Below, piece after piece: positions 21,771 to 33,215 of a stretch of 64,000 bases of DNA. Numbering within the stretch: position 1 is the stretch's first letter; every line of letters begins with the position of its first letter. The DNA comes from Hemiscyllium ocellatum (taxonomy: Eukaryota). The DNA lies in the NCBI RefSeq assembly GCF_020745735.1, contig NC_083409.1, positions 14,254,760-14,318,759 of the forward strand. Direction: 5' to 3'. Position numbers and translations under genes: made by a program. The notes beneath the pieces are model-generated. The model was not told the origin of the DNA, made no database searches, and worked only from the letters and a program-made list of their open reading frames with translations.

Positions 21771-24451
21771 TCCTTGTGTGCTCCAGTGTCCTTCCCTCAC
21801 AGCAGAGCTGGTTGGAGCATGCCTGCAGTAGCAGCCTCCAGTCTCTGGGTGTTGCTGCGAAAAGATCTGCCTTGCCCAGGCTGTCACAGTTCCCACATTA
21901 AAACAATGTCTGGTTTTTGGAAGTATTCCATTGGCTGTGAAACATTTCCAAACATCCTAAGTTCAAGAAACGTATAACATAAATATAATTCTGTCTCCTT
22001 TTATATTTTATCTCCATGTCTTCCCAGCTGTCACCTGACAACATCACACACTTGCGCTAAATCTAGAATGAATCATGAATCTCTGGGAGAGCTTAATCTA
22101 TGACAACACTGGGACTAATAACCACCTCCTCAGTGGGCTTTGAGGGTGAAGGTCAACAGCAGTCACTGGGACTTGATTTGGGCTATCTTGATCGTGATCC
22201 AGTCAGTTAGTGTTTTTGTCTGGGTCCAGACAGTACAGACCAACCTCGGACCCTGTGATCTGATTGAGGTGAAGGGTTAGCTGTGCTGGGCTTTCACCCA
22301 TGGCTCACCCACATAGTGAAGCAGGGATTACACATTTCATGAGAGTAAATGGAACTAACAAACTGGTTGGTTGTGACATCCCCAACCTGTCCCCAAGAGA
22401 GTGGGGACAGGAACAGTAGTATTCTCAGACAGAAAGGGTGGTAAAAATTATATCCTGCAAGGAGAGCGGAGACAGGAAAAGCGACGTTCCCCAGAGACAA
22501 CCGAACATTAACTGTCTGCTCCCCACTTTCTTGTTGTGACATATGCCCTGGGGAAATGGGTTTGGTTTTTATTTTCTCAATTGTATTTCCAAACATTCTA
22601 ACACCGAGGTGGTTCGGAAACAAGGATTCCAATTTCATATTTTGTGTAGCAGCAGATCTACTGAAGGTCATGGTTTCATTTGGAGCTTGCCCAGGTTTCT
22701 GTCCAGGCTGATACAGCATGGTCTACCAGTGCTGCTCCTATTGAGCTAAACCATCACACACGAGGGAATCTGACGGGCACTTTCTCTTTGTGCTGGCAAA
22801 TGAGAGATTTGCTTTTACTGCAATGGTGGACAAAGAAATGAGTCAGTGGAGGTAGTTCCACAATGTTCTGATGTTCATGATGGGATTAACCTCGACAGTT
22901 CCCATTTGCTTTAAACACCGACAGTGGAACAGGAAGTTACCACGCAATGGTCTCCTGGCTCACACTGAGAAACCAAATTGATTCTATAACTGCAGAGAGC
23001 AAGACAATGGCTTGGACTCACCGAACAACCAGAGGCTTCAGCCAACAATTGGATCAAAGGCAAATGGAGTGTTGTATAAACTATCAGTATCTCAGGGAGC
23101 AAACACAACTACTGAGCTACAAAACAGAACAGAATATTTTTACGACAAATTGGCATTCCAAAAGTAAAATACAAACACAATATGCATAAAACCTGAGTAC
23201 AATCTAATTTCAGAGACTACAGCATTTTCTTTGAAAGTTGGATGATAATGAGATGAGAATTCAAACAGCCACCCATTCCGTCACACAGTGTTGAAGTTGC
23301 ATTGTCGTCATTATGACACGTTTGCAAGCTTCTTAATACACGAAAGGGGAGAGAACCATTGCAAACTGTATTACCACGAGTCAGGATCCATTAAAAACTA
23401 AGACCATGATATTAAATGCTCCCAGCCAGATGCAACACTGATGCATTCACATCATTAGAGTGTTAAATGATGTTAAAAAGTCTGCCAACCACTTTCATGA
23501 AGACAGAGTATTTTAAATCTCAAGAGGCATTGATGATTTTTTTTCAGTACCATAGCAAGGAAGCAGCAGCTGACATATGAACTCCAACAAACTAATGATA
23601 ACAGGCACTGAATACAGCGCAGGTTCCTGAGAGAGAAAAAAATCAACAGCAGAGATTTATCCAGAGCTAGGAATATTTTAGACCAGACACCTTGTTGCCA
23701 GCAAGTTACTGCAAATTGAAAATTCCAGTATGGTTAGAGAGAGAAAAAGGACAATGTGCAGATTGTTGAGCAGGCCCCTACACCTGGGCCTGAGGCAGGA
23801 GCCCAAGCTCCAACACACTGGCCTCACTTCACACCAACCCTCACACAGTGCGGGGTCATGAACTCCGGCCATCAATCTCTCTGGGACCGGGACGGAGTGA
23901 GGGAACAGGGGCAATTGTAGAAGAGTCAATAAGGAGTAAAGCAAGATGGAGGGTGTTTTGGAAAGGGGTTAGAGGAGGACATATACTTTGTGTCACTCAG
24001 TACTGACATCATCACAGAATGAACAAAACAGCACACTGTGAAGACAAACAAAAGTCACATCAAATTACTTTTCTTTATAGCACGGGACATTTTCATTGAG
24101 GTGCTTCTGAAGCTGTACACTCTCTCTATGGGTCTCTGCAGATTGAGCCTGTCAGCTCCAAGCAGAGTCCCACTTTACGTTTCACTGATCAGGGACAGTG
24201 AAGCAGCTGCCCTCTAGTGGCGAGAGAGCGCTTGCACGGCTGCTGAGGATTATGGATGAAGTCCCCTTCCATTCGCGCCCACACAAACCAGCAGCCACTT
24301 CAGCTGCTTTATTGAAAACCACAAGCTTTCAAGGCGTTGTTCTTTCAACGGTGGAACTGGCCACATGATCAAACGAATTAGGGGCAGATGAAGGAGATTT
24401 ATCCTCTTGAGCCTGCTCCCCATGGCTGACCTGATTATTCAATATTCTTGC

Positions 24452-25738
24452 AGCTGCAAATGTGTTGCTGGTCAAAGCACAGCAGGTTAGGCAGCATCTC
24501 AGGAATAGAGAATTCGACGTTTCGAGCATAAGCCCTTCATCAGGAATAAGAGAGAGAGAGCCAAGCCGGCTAAGATAAAAGGTAGGGAGGAGGGACTAGG
24601 GGGAGGGGCGATGGAGGTGGGATAGGTGGAAGGAGGTCAAGGTGAGGGTGATAGGCCGGAGTGGGGTGGGGGCGGAGAGGTCAGGAAGAGGATTGCAGGT
24701 TAGGAGGGCGGTGCTGAGTTGAGGGAACCGACTGAGACAAGGTGGGGGGCGGGGAAATGAGGAAGCTGGAGAAATCTGAATTCATACCTTGTGGTTGGAG
24801 GGTTCCCAGGCGGAAGATGAGGCGCTCCTCCTCCAGCCGTCGTGTAGTTGTGTTCTGCCGGTGGAGGAGTCCAAGGACCTGCATGTCCTCGGTGGAGTGG
24901 GAGGGGGAGTTAAAGTGTTGAGCCACGGGGTGATTGGGTTGGTTGGTTCGGGCGGCCCAGAGGTGTTCTCTGAAGCGTTCCGCAAGTAAGCGGCCTGTCT
25001 CACCAATATAGAGGAGGCCACATCGGGTGCAGCGGATGCAATAGATGATGTGTGTGGAGGTACAGGTGAACTTGTGGCGGATATGGAAGGATCCCTTGGG
25101 GCCTTGGAGGGAAGTGAGTGTGGAGGTGTGGGCGCAAGTTTTACATTTCCTGCGGTTGCAGGGGAAGGTGCCGGGGGTGGAGGTTGGGTTGGTGGGGGGT
25201 GTGGATCTGACAAGGGAGTCACGAAGGGAGTGGTCCTTGCGGAACGCTGATAGGGGAGGGGAGGGAAATATATCCTTGGTGGTGGGGTCCGTTTGGAGGT
25301 GGCGGAAATGGCGGCGGATAATACGTTGTATGCGCAGGTTGGTGGGGTGGTAGGTGAGAACCAGTGGGGTTCTGTCTTGGTGGCGGTTGGAGGAGCGGGG
25401 CTCAAGGGCGGAGGAGCGGGAAGTGGAGGAGATGCGGTGGAGGGCATCGTCGATCACGTCTGGGGGGAATCTGCGGTCCTTGAAGAAGGAGGCCATCTGG
25501 GTTGTGCGGTGTTGGAATTGGTCCTCCTGGGAGCAGATGCGGCGGAGACGAAGGAATTGGGAATATGGGATGGCGTTTTTACAGGGGGCAGGGTGGGAGG
25601 AGGTGTAGTCCAGGTAGCTGTGGGAGTCAGTCGGTTTATAATAGATGTCTGTGTTGAGTCGGTCGCCCGAGATAGAAATGGAAAGGTCTAGGAAGGGGAG
25701 GGAGGAGTCTGAGACAGTCTCAGACTATATTCAGAATA
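24452..25738 (-). mobile_element. Young 5'-truncated Penelope-like element with a 16-bp target-site duplication
   Basis: Open frame including ORF 24681-25496 with GIY-YIG nuclease (IYCIRCTRCGLLYIGETGRLLAERFREHL). TATTCAATATTCTTGC occurs at 24436-24451 and 25739-25754. Confidence 0.95.
24511..24547 (-). ncRNA. Minimal type I hammerhead ribozyme motif in the Penelope terminal repeat
   Basis: Minus strand ATTC-CTGATGA-A-GGGC-TTAT-GCTC-GAAA-C-GTC-GAAT. Core boxes present, 4-bp stem II, palindromic ACGT in place of stem III, GUC triplet, 4-bp stem I. One extra A follows the CUGAUGA box. Confidence 0.8.
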
Positions 25739-28700
25739 TATTCAATATTCTTGCCTTACTCTGATAGATTCTTGATAAGCAATGGCTATCTACTTCTTCA
25801 CTACAAGCATTCAGAGGTTTCATTTCTATGCTTGAAGAAGAGTTCCAAAGACCTATGACCTTATGCTAGAAGAAAAAAAAACCCTGCTTTTCTCGGTCTT
25901 AAATGAGGGAACTTATTTTAGTTTTATATTCTCCCTGTAAAGGAAGCATTCTTTTCATATCCACGCCATTGATATGGCATCCGCTTTTAATCAGCTGCTC
26001 TCTCATGAGAACAGCAGCCTATCCTGCCACCTTCAGAGAGTGATGCACAATTGCATCCAGGTCATACTGCCCCTCCACCCACCCATACTTGTACCCTTTA
26101 GTTTGTTGGTCTCTCCAAGTTTTCCTTCCAAAATGATTCAGTGACATCTCTTTCCATTAAATTGTTTCTACAGCCATCTGCTCATTCCATTAACTTACCA
26201 ACATGCTCTTCGAAGTTTGGCGCTATCTTCTTCATCAGCCGTAATACATCCAAGTTTCATACCATCAGCAAATTTTGAAATTATGCCTTGTGCACTCAGG
26301 TTAACATTTATTTAACTATTTTAAGTATTTTTAAAAAATAAACAATTTTATAAACTATTTTAAATCAAACTTAAAATGTATTGCCCATCTCTAGTTGCTC
26401 GGACTGAGCTCTGAGCCAGATCATGGGGCCGTTAAGAATGAATCACGTCACTGTGTGGGACTGGAGTCACAGACCGGGTGATGACTGGATTCCCTTGTCC
26501 AAACTACATTCATGAACATGACATTGAGTTTCATGGGTTTTTTTTGTTCAGATCCTAGCACCTTGCTTCCCAGATATTACATGCCTCACCACCACCCTCT
26601 CCAGGACCATTCGGAAAGGGCAACGAATAGCAGCCACTTTTGTGCCCGCCCATCCCAGGAGAAATCAAAATAAATGAGATATACTTCAAATGATCAAACT
26701 GGTGAGGCTTGAATTCATCTCTTTGAGAGACTGTAGGCTAGGCTAAAAGTAGGGCCATGACACGGGTGACCCTGGTTTGTCAGACTGAAAGGTGGAGTGT
26801 CCTTCGGATTGACACTGGGATCAGGCACAAAATGAATTACACTCAAAGACAGAACAAACGGCTATCAAACTGCAGGGAACAGTAATTTATCCAAGGGAAT
26901 TCAACAGGCATCAGTGGGTGTAAGAGCATTAGGCAGGCAAGTGTCATATATTGTTGAATACACCAGAAACACAGTCACTCATTAAGAGAAGCAGGGAAAT
27001 GGGAATAATTGAAATCTCTGCTGAGAGATGGAAGGGGTTTTCTCGGTTGTAACGCCTCTGAGAACGATAAAACTTGAAGGGCCGTTTATATCATAAACAA
27101 CATTGCATCATGGAGAACTGCTGCCTTCCTGAACCCGCTGCAGCCATGTGCTGTAGGTAGACCCAGAATGCCCTGAGGGAGAGAATGCCCTGATTTTAAC
27201 CCAATGTCAGTGAAGGAACAGGGATATATTTCTAAGTCAGGTTTGGGGAAAATCTTACAGCTGGCAGTGTTCCCATGTGTGTACTATTTTAAAAGGTGTT
27301 AATAACCTGAAAAAGAGGAATAATAAAGGGAAAGTAATGCTAGAAAGCATTCAACTGGATGGTGATGGATTAATTATTGCGGTGATGTTTTGGGTAGAGT
27401 TGGCTGTTCTTGTCCAGCAGCAACATTCTCCATGGTAACGCTTTATTGCATTCCAAAAGAGGACGTTTAAACCTCAAAACTCTGACCTCACACAAAGGCA
27501 GTGCTAATTATTGACAGATTATATGATTTTTTTTTAAAGAAGTTTCAGCCTTGGCTAAGTTTATATAACTCCTTCCATGGAGTCAGAAAGATTTGCATTC
27601 AGGCCATTCTAAAGTGGGTCAACAACGATCTCACCCATCAGTGACCGAACTGCTGGGGAGCTCCTTTTGGTTCCTGGGAAGGTCTGCAGTTGGAAGTGAG
27701 CAGAGCAATGCTTGTTGGAGACAGGGCTCTCACTGGAGACCTTGGCTTATTATGGAAGCCCAGACTAAATGCAACTAAAGGCAGGTGTGGGTCATGGGAG
27801 AGGTGGCGGTTTAACATGAGGACATCATCTGAAGCTCGGTCCCTTGATTGGACACATTGTGGGAAAGCCAAGCTGATTTAATCCCTGAGCTGCCATTAAA
27901 TCAGGATAGATTCAGGAATTTAGGGGTCAATTGGTTCCTCAGTCTAGTTGATATCGTCTGATGGTGGCTGAGAATTCCAGTTCACTACTTCTGTCCTGAT
28001 ATTCATTGGGAGAAATTTTAGCTGCCATTAGGGATATTGAAGTCGGCTACTTGAGTGATTAAATGTGCCTGGAGTCATGTTTCCAACTGTATTAAATCTG
28101 GGTCAAAGCGTAAACATCAAACCTGATGTTTCGTTTGCAAAACTGAGAGAAGATGTGCAGGTTAGGTGGTTGGCTGTGCTAAATTACTCATTATGTCCAT
28201 GGGATGTGCAGGCTCGCAAATGGAAAATGCAGGGTTACAGGGATAGGGTAGGGGAGGTGTGGGTCTGGGTGGAATGGTCTTCAAAGTGTCGATGTGTACT
28301 TGATTGGCCTCCTTCCACAAGGAAAGAATTCCTCGATTCTATAATTGTATGAAGGCTAGAACAGGATCTCGACAGTGGAGGGAGGGTATTCTGATGTTCA
28401 AAAATTCATAAACAAAGAAACACAGTAAATGTAGATTTACCATCAGCGCTGACAAACTGAAAGGCAAAATGACACATTCTCCAGTCATATACCAGGTACA
28501 GAAAGGAGATCAGGAAAAATATTTTGATGCAGTTATTTGAATTTAATGATTATAAACTGAGTGCTCCGTTCAAAAAAGTACAGAATTACTTTCTAGAATT
28601 TCAACGGGTCTGAAGCAAAAGAGGAAATCAGGATCAAATAGTCAGTTCAGAATACAGAATTTGAGTGAGACAAAACCCTTCTTGTGAAAACGTTTCATTT

Positions 28701-29979
28701 TGCCTTGCGTTCTCTCCATGGTTGCTGCATGACCCGCTGGGATCTCCAGTCAACATGGTATTTGCCTTTGCTGTGCTATTTCTTGCAATTTGTCCTGATG
28801 TGTGCAAGACAGAATCTTTGACAAAATGTTCCTTTTTTCAACAACACTTGAAGTTGGATCAGTTTGGAGAGAAAGCAGGGCCATGGAATCATCTTTCCCT
28901 GCAGGGAGGGAGGGAGTGTGTGTGGAATCTCCTATGGGCAGGGTTCTCCTGGCTGCCACCACATCAGGAAGGCTGGAGCTTGATGATCGAGCTGAATGGA
29001 CAGGGCTCACTCCCACAGTCCTCAGAGCCATGGAGCCTCTTGTGATGGGAGCATCTGCTTGGTGTCAGGGCAGACAATGACATTGCAGTGGGATTGGAAA
29101 TGGGACAACTCGACACTGGATGCTGCACAATGGCTGCGCCGACTCTTCCTCTCTGCCTGATCCCTTCAGGAGTGAACGTGGATGTACAGAATAGCTGAAC
29201 ACCTTGGTTTTTGAAGAAGGCATGTGCAATGGAACATTATTCTCCAGCTGACTGTCACCAGCTTGGTGCTAGAAAAGGTTCCTTTATTCATTGAGCTGAG
29301 AGCCTTGCTCCTGACCCAGCAGATTGGTGTTGTGTGGAGTTTCAGGAGATAAAGAGAGGCTGAGGAGGGAGTGAATGAGCAAGTGAGTAAATCTGCTTCT
29401 CAAATTTCCCAGCAACATCGAGAGCTCAGGGTTAAAACACAAAGGAGGAAGGATAAAGAGTTGAAGAAATTTTTCACACAGACAATATGCATGAGTGGGT
29501 ATAGAGAAAAAAAATCTATTTAATTCTTTTGAAATTACAAAATTAGAGGCTGAATTAGGCCACTCAATCCTTCAGGACTTATCCACCAATCAATAGGACC
29601 ATGGCTGATGTGAATTTGCTTCCAGCACCACATTCCCATCCATCACACCTCCCTGATGTGTCACCATTTTCTTCAACTCAGTCTCCAATCCAAACACCCT
29701 AAGTGGGAATTGTTGCAATTTCAAACATTCACAACAGATGTTTTTACAATGAATCACTTTACTTTAGTAAAGAAATATAGATCCCGCTTGCAAACAAAAT
29801 ACATCCATTCCTTGATGATACCAGTAATTGCCTTCAGTATCTGAATTAAAGTTTTTGTGCTTTCCATTTATTGACCTTCCTGAATGGGGGTGTCCCGAAG
29901 CAGTACAAGACGACATGAGGATATAGACGGGTTGGGAGGGTCACATGGGCTGATCAGTAACAAGTGGAATTCATTCAGA

Positions 29980-30680
29980 TAAATGTGAGTCAGTGGACTG
30001 AGCTCTCCCTGACCATGCGAGTGAGGTGAGGGCAGAATGAGAGCACTTGGCATCAAGGCCTCTTTGATGGTATGTGGCATCAAGGAATCTGAGCAATGCA
30101 GCAGCTTTTCACCTGCTATTCCAGGGAAGGGATCAACATCTGGATCCCTCCGAGCAACTCCTGGGAATTCTGTCATCCCAAAGGGACACGTCCTCCTCCT
30201 CAGTTCCCACAAACAGCAGAAAGTCAGCCACACACTGTGCAAACTGTTTGGGGGAGCTGACCTAAACTCTCACAGCCCTGTGCTATGCTCTGCTGGAAGA
30301 TGGAGGGACTATTGGGAAACCCTTGGGGCAGCCAGCTCCATCAATATTGTTGGTCTTTAAACATGAAGGTGAACTTGTCCTGGTCCTCAGCCCTCCCTGA
30401 CCCAATACGGACCAGGGCACATTCGAAATGACCAACTGTGTAATGGCGTATTGCCAGTCTGTCTGCAATGATCCAATCTGCTCTGAACACTCCCTGAGTG
30501 AGCTCACTCCATTATGTTCAGATACACTGCCATTGAGTGCCCAGGGAGCCCATCCTTACACTCCAGGGATTTGATAACCCTCCCATCACAGAGTCCCCCC
30601 ATGAACCCCTTCAGTTTGTTCTTCAATGGAGGGGGCTGATCCCAGTGGTTTTGATGGATGCATCTGTGTGTGAGATATAA
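29980..30680 (-). mobile_element. Decayed retroviral (ERV-type) reverse-transcriptase fragment
   Basis: Minus strand DQDKFTFMFKDQQY*WSWLPQGFPNSPSIFQQ then QCVADFLL, resembling FAFT....QY.W..LPQGFKNSP.LF and QYVDDLL. Confidence 0.7.
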
Positions 30681-30682
30681 TG

Positions 30683-30690
<8 letters not shown>

Positions 30691-30750
<60 letters not shown>
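30691..30750. repeat. (AC)30 microsatellite
   Basis: Perfect run of 60 nt. Confidence 0.97.
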
Positions 30751-30753
<3 letters not shown>

Positions 30754-31043
30754 ATTATGGAGTGAAATGTACCCTCCCCACTATGGGTTTCGATCTTTCC
30801 CATCTACACTCTGAGTTCAGCTTACTCTCGGCATCATTCTTCGATCTTTCTGAAGCCAACACACCTTCCTTCTTTTCCCCATTTATTGGGGATGATTTTC
30901 TCAGGGCCCTGCATTCCTGCTGAAAGTGCCCCTTCTGTCCCTAACTGTAGTATTGCCCTCCTGCTCGCGGGACCCCATTGCCCTCTCTATTCTCCCCCTC
31001 GTGTTCCGTACCTTGAGGGTGGAGGTTAACACACCCTTTCCCT

Positions 31044-31860
31044 GAGGCTTCAGCTCAGGCCATTTCCAAAGCACACACGAGACAGAGACTGAATCTTCTT
31101 CATCTTTATTCCCCTTTTCCAGATTGACACTGACAGAAAACAGTCAGCAAATAACAGCCCAGACAGAGGAAGCTGCACAAATTCACATCTGCAATGGAGC
31201 TTGAGGAAAACACTTGTGGAGATTTTCTCAATAACCTGAGAATCCTGTCCCTTTAAACAGTGACTAAACCTTATATTGGAACTGGTGGCTGAGCAGGAAG
31301 GAGATCTGGTTTACTGAAGCAGAGACTTCTGAGGTTCACATTGTTTTTACACAGCGGACAGTTTTCAATATCTTTGAAAGGTTATGCTTGTTATTACAAC
31401 TCAACACTGTCCCCAATGAACAGTCTCCTGGACAGGGACAGAATAGGGTCAGATACAGAGTAAAGCTCTTTCCGTACTGTTCCCACTAAAGACACCCAGG
31501 ACAGGGACAGGATAAGAAGCAGAATAAAGCTGTCTCCACACTGTCCTCGTCAAACACTGCCAGAACAGGGACAACACTGTTTGGGAACAGAGCGAATCTC
31601 TCTCTATAGTGTCACGGTAACCTGCCTTAACCCCTGAACCTCAGAGTCTCCCAGAGGCCAGTCTCAAGAAGGAAGAGAATTGAAATTCAGTGCTGACAAT
31701 GACCGTTGTCCTGCCATCCCAGCACTGTTCTATTTAAAGTTGTGTCTCCTCTGTCGACTGTCTCCAACACTCTACACACATTCTGATCTCCTGATACTCT
31801 TGCTGAGTGGGGAGGAGAGCATCACGTGGGTGAGGGCACAGGAGAAGTGAGCATTGGACT
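31044..31860 (-). pseudogene. IGKC: Inverted, 5'-truncated copy of the light-chain C exon plus 3' UTR
   Basis: 31772-31858 encodes SNAHFSCALTHVMLSSPLSKSIRRSECV* (9 mismatches in 87 nt versus 15586-15672). The 3' UTR matches 15673-16212 including AATAAA. The rest of C is absent. Confidence 0.95.
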
Positions 31861-32029
31861 GGCAGAAGTATCAGTTTGAATATTTGCATCATACACCTAA
31901 CAAACCTGATGTATTTTTAAATTCCTTTTTGATTGTGAACATTCAAGTCCCCCACCCAGAGTACATTCTGTGCCCTCACCACCCTCAGAGCTTCCGCTAA
32001 GTGCTGTTCAACATGGAGGAGAGACTGAC

Positions 32030-32260
32030 TTTCTGACAGAGCGGCATTCCCTCAGTACGAACCCTCTGACAGTGTGGCTCTGTCTCAGTAATGACTTTCT
32101 GACAGTGCAGCACTCCTTCAGTACTCACCCTCTGACAGTGCAGCACTCCCTCAGTACTGACCCATCATTAGTGCAACACTCTATCAGTACTGACCCTCCA
32201 ATAGTGTGGCACTCCCTCAGTACTGTCCTTCTGACAGTGCTGCACTCCCTCAGTAGGGCA
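32030..32260. repeat. 33-bp minisatellite, 7 units
   Basis: NTCAGTA at 32051, 32084, 32117, 32150, 32183, 32216 and 32249. Confidence 0.92.
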
Positions 32261-32934
32261 CTCTCAGCCTGGATAATTTGCTTCAGTGATAGAATCACGT
32301 AATGATGGAATCTGTACAATGTTGAAGCAGGCCATTCACCCCAAGCGTTCACACCAATCCTCCGAAGAACATCCCACCCAGATCCAAACCACTGCACTAT
32401 CCCTGTAACCCTGCATTTCCCAATGGCTCATCCACCCAGGCTGCTATATTGTAAGTGTGAGGGGAGAGTGATCCCCACTGAGACCAGGCTGACACGTCCT
32501 GGTCCAATAGCCTGCCTTGCTTCCCAATCCCAGCCCACACTTGGAGGAATGAGCTATTTGAGATGTTTCCCAGCCAGGGATAGTGCCTTCAGGAGAGAGA
32601 TGGAGAGCAGATGATAGGGGCAAGGGGCAGTGTGGTCTGTTGTCTTGAGGTAGAGTGTAGGACACATTGAAGCAGGCAATGGCAGGTGCTGAGCCCTTTC
32701 CCCGGAAGGAGTTTGTAAGTTGATGGGTGAAAGTGGGAGGGGCACTACAGTAACACCTTTGTTGCTGCTGTAACTCTTGCTGCCTGCTCTGTCACGTCCG
32801 AGAGACACACAGATACATCAGACACACAGGAGGCAGCTTTCTGTGGATGTTCTCCTGGGGCAGGTCTCATCAATCATGGAGCTATGGTCAGTAACAGTGT
32901 AAGCTGTACAGCCAAGAGATGGGCACTGTGGAGT

Positions 32935-33215
32935 GTGGAGTGTTTTATTCCCCCCCGCCGACTCTACTTTGATTCACTCCCTGCCCTCCCCTTCACTGTT
33001 TGATCACGTAGCATTGGCCTTTGATGTGAAGGACACTGCTTGTCACTGGCCACTCGGGTATTTCCTTTCTTCCTGGAGGTGGAAAATGAATAAAGACTTC
33101 TGCACTTGTCATTTTTCACTGTGTCTCACACTTGCACACATACAGTGTGGGTGCTGGGGAAAAATTATGCACCACCATTGTTAGGCAGCTGTGTGGGGTT
33201 ATAGAAAAGAAAAAA
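32935..33215 (+). mobile_element. Non-LTR element 3' end, same family as 17790-18025
   Basis: Shared 3' UTR and A-rich end. The flanks differ from the other copy. Confidence 0.55.

Larger units (their letters stand above)
23240..28890 (+). repeat. Left arm of an old inverted segmental duplication (discontinuous homology)
   Basis: 23240-24100, 26370-27110 and 28750-28890 match, in reverse complement and colinear order, 37760-35410, 35170-34460 and 33800-33665. Confidence 0.88.

Noticed and set aside
22600-22730. Minus-strand QKPGQAP peptide resembling V framework 2
   Set aside because: No flanking Cys, no DYYC, no leader and no RSS, so it is too short to call a V pseudogene.
23844-24040. Inward-facing heptamer pair conserved in both duplication arms (RAG-transposon or signal-end-like)
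   Set aside because: The best nonamer match is 4/9 at either spacing, and the conservation is explained by the duplication itself.
27591-27598. Perfect octamer ATTTGCAT (another at 31882-31889)
   Set aside because: Neither is followed by a TATA box, leader or V segment, and isolated 8-mers are expected by chance.
27600-27880. Possible RTE-type LINE remnant or hidden exon
   Set aside because: Only a vague resemblance, with no motif strong enough to support a call.
16535-32260. CRISPR-like reading of the 43-bp and 33-bp arrays (and the 44-bp array at 125-480)
   Set aside because: The units are contiguous with no unique spacers, there are no cas genes, and the context is vertebrate.
32905-32930. 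tgtacagcc...cactgtgg resembling the J RSS
   Set aside because: The spacer is 16 nt, there is no nonamer or FGxG, and it runs into a retroelement fragment.
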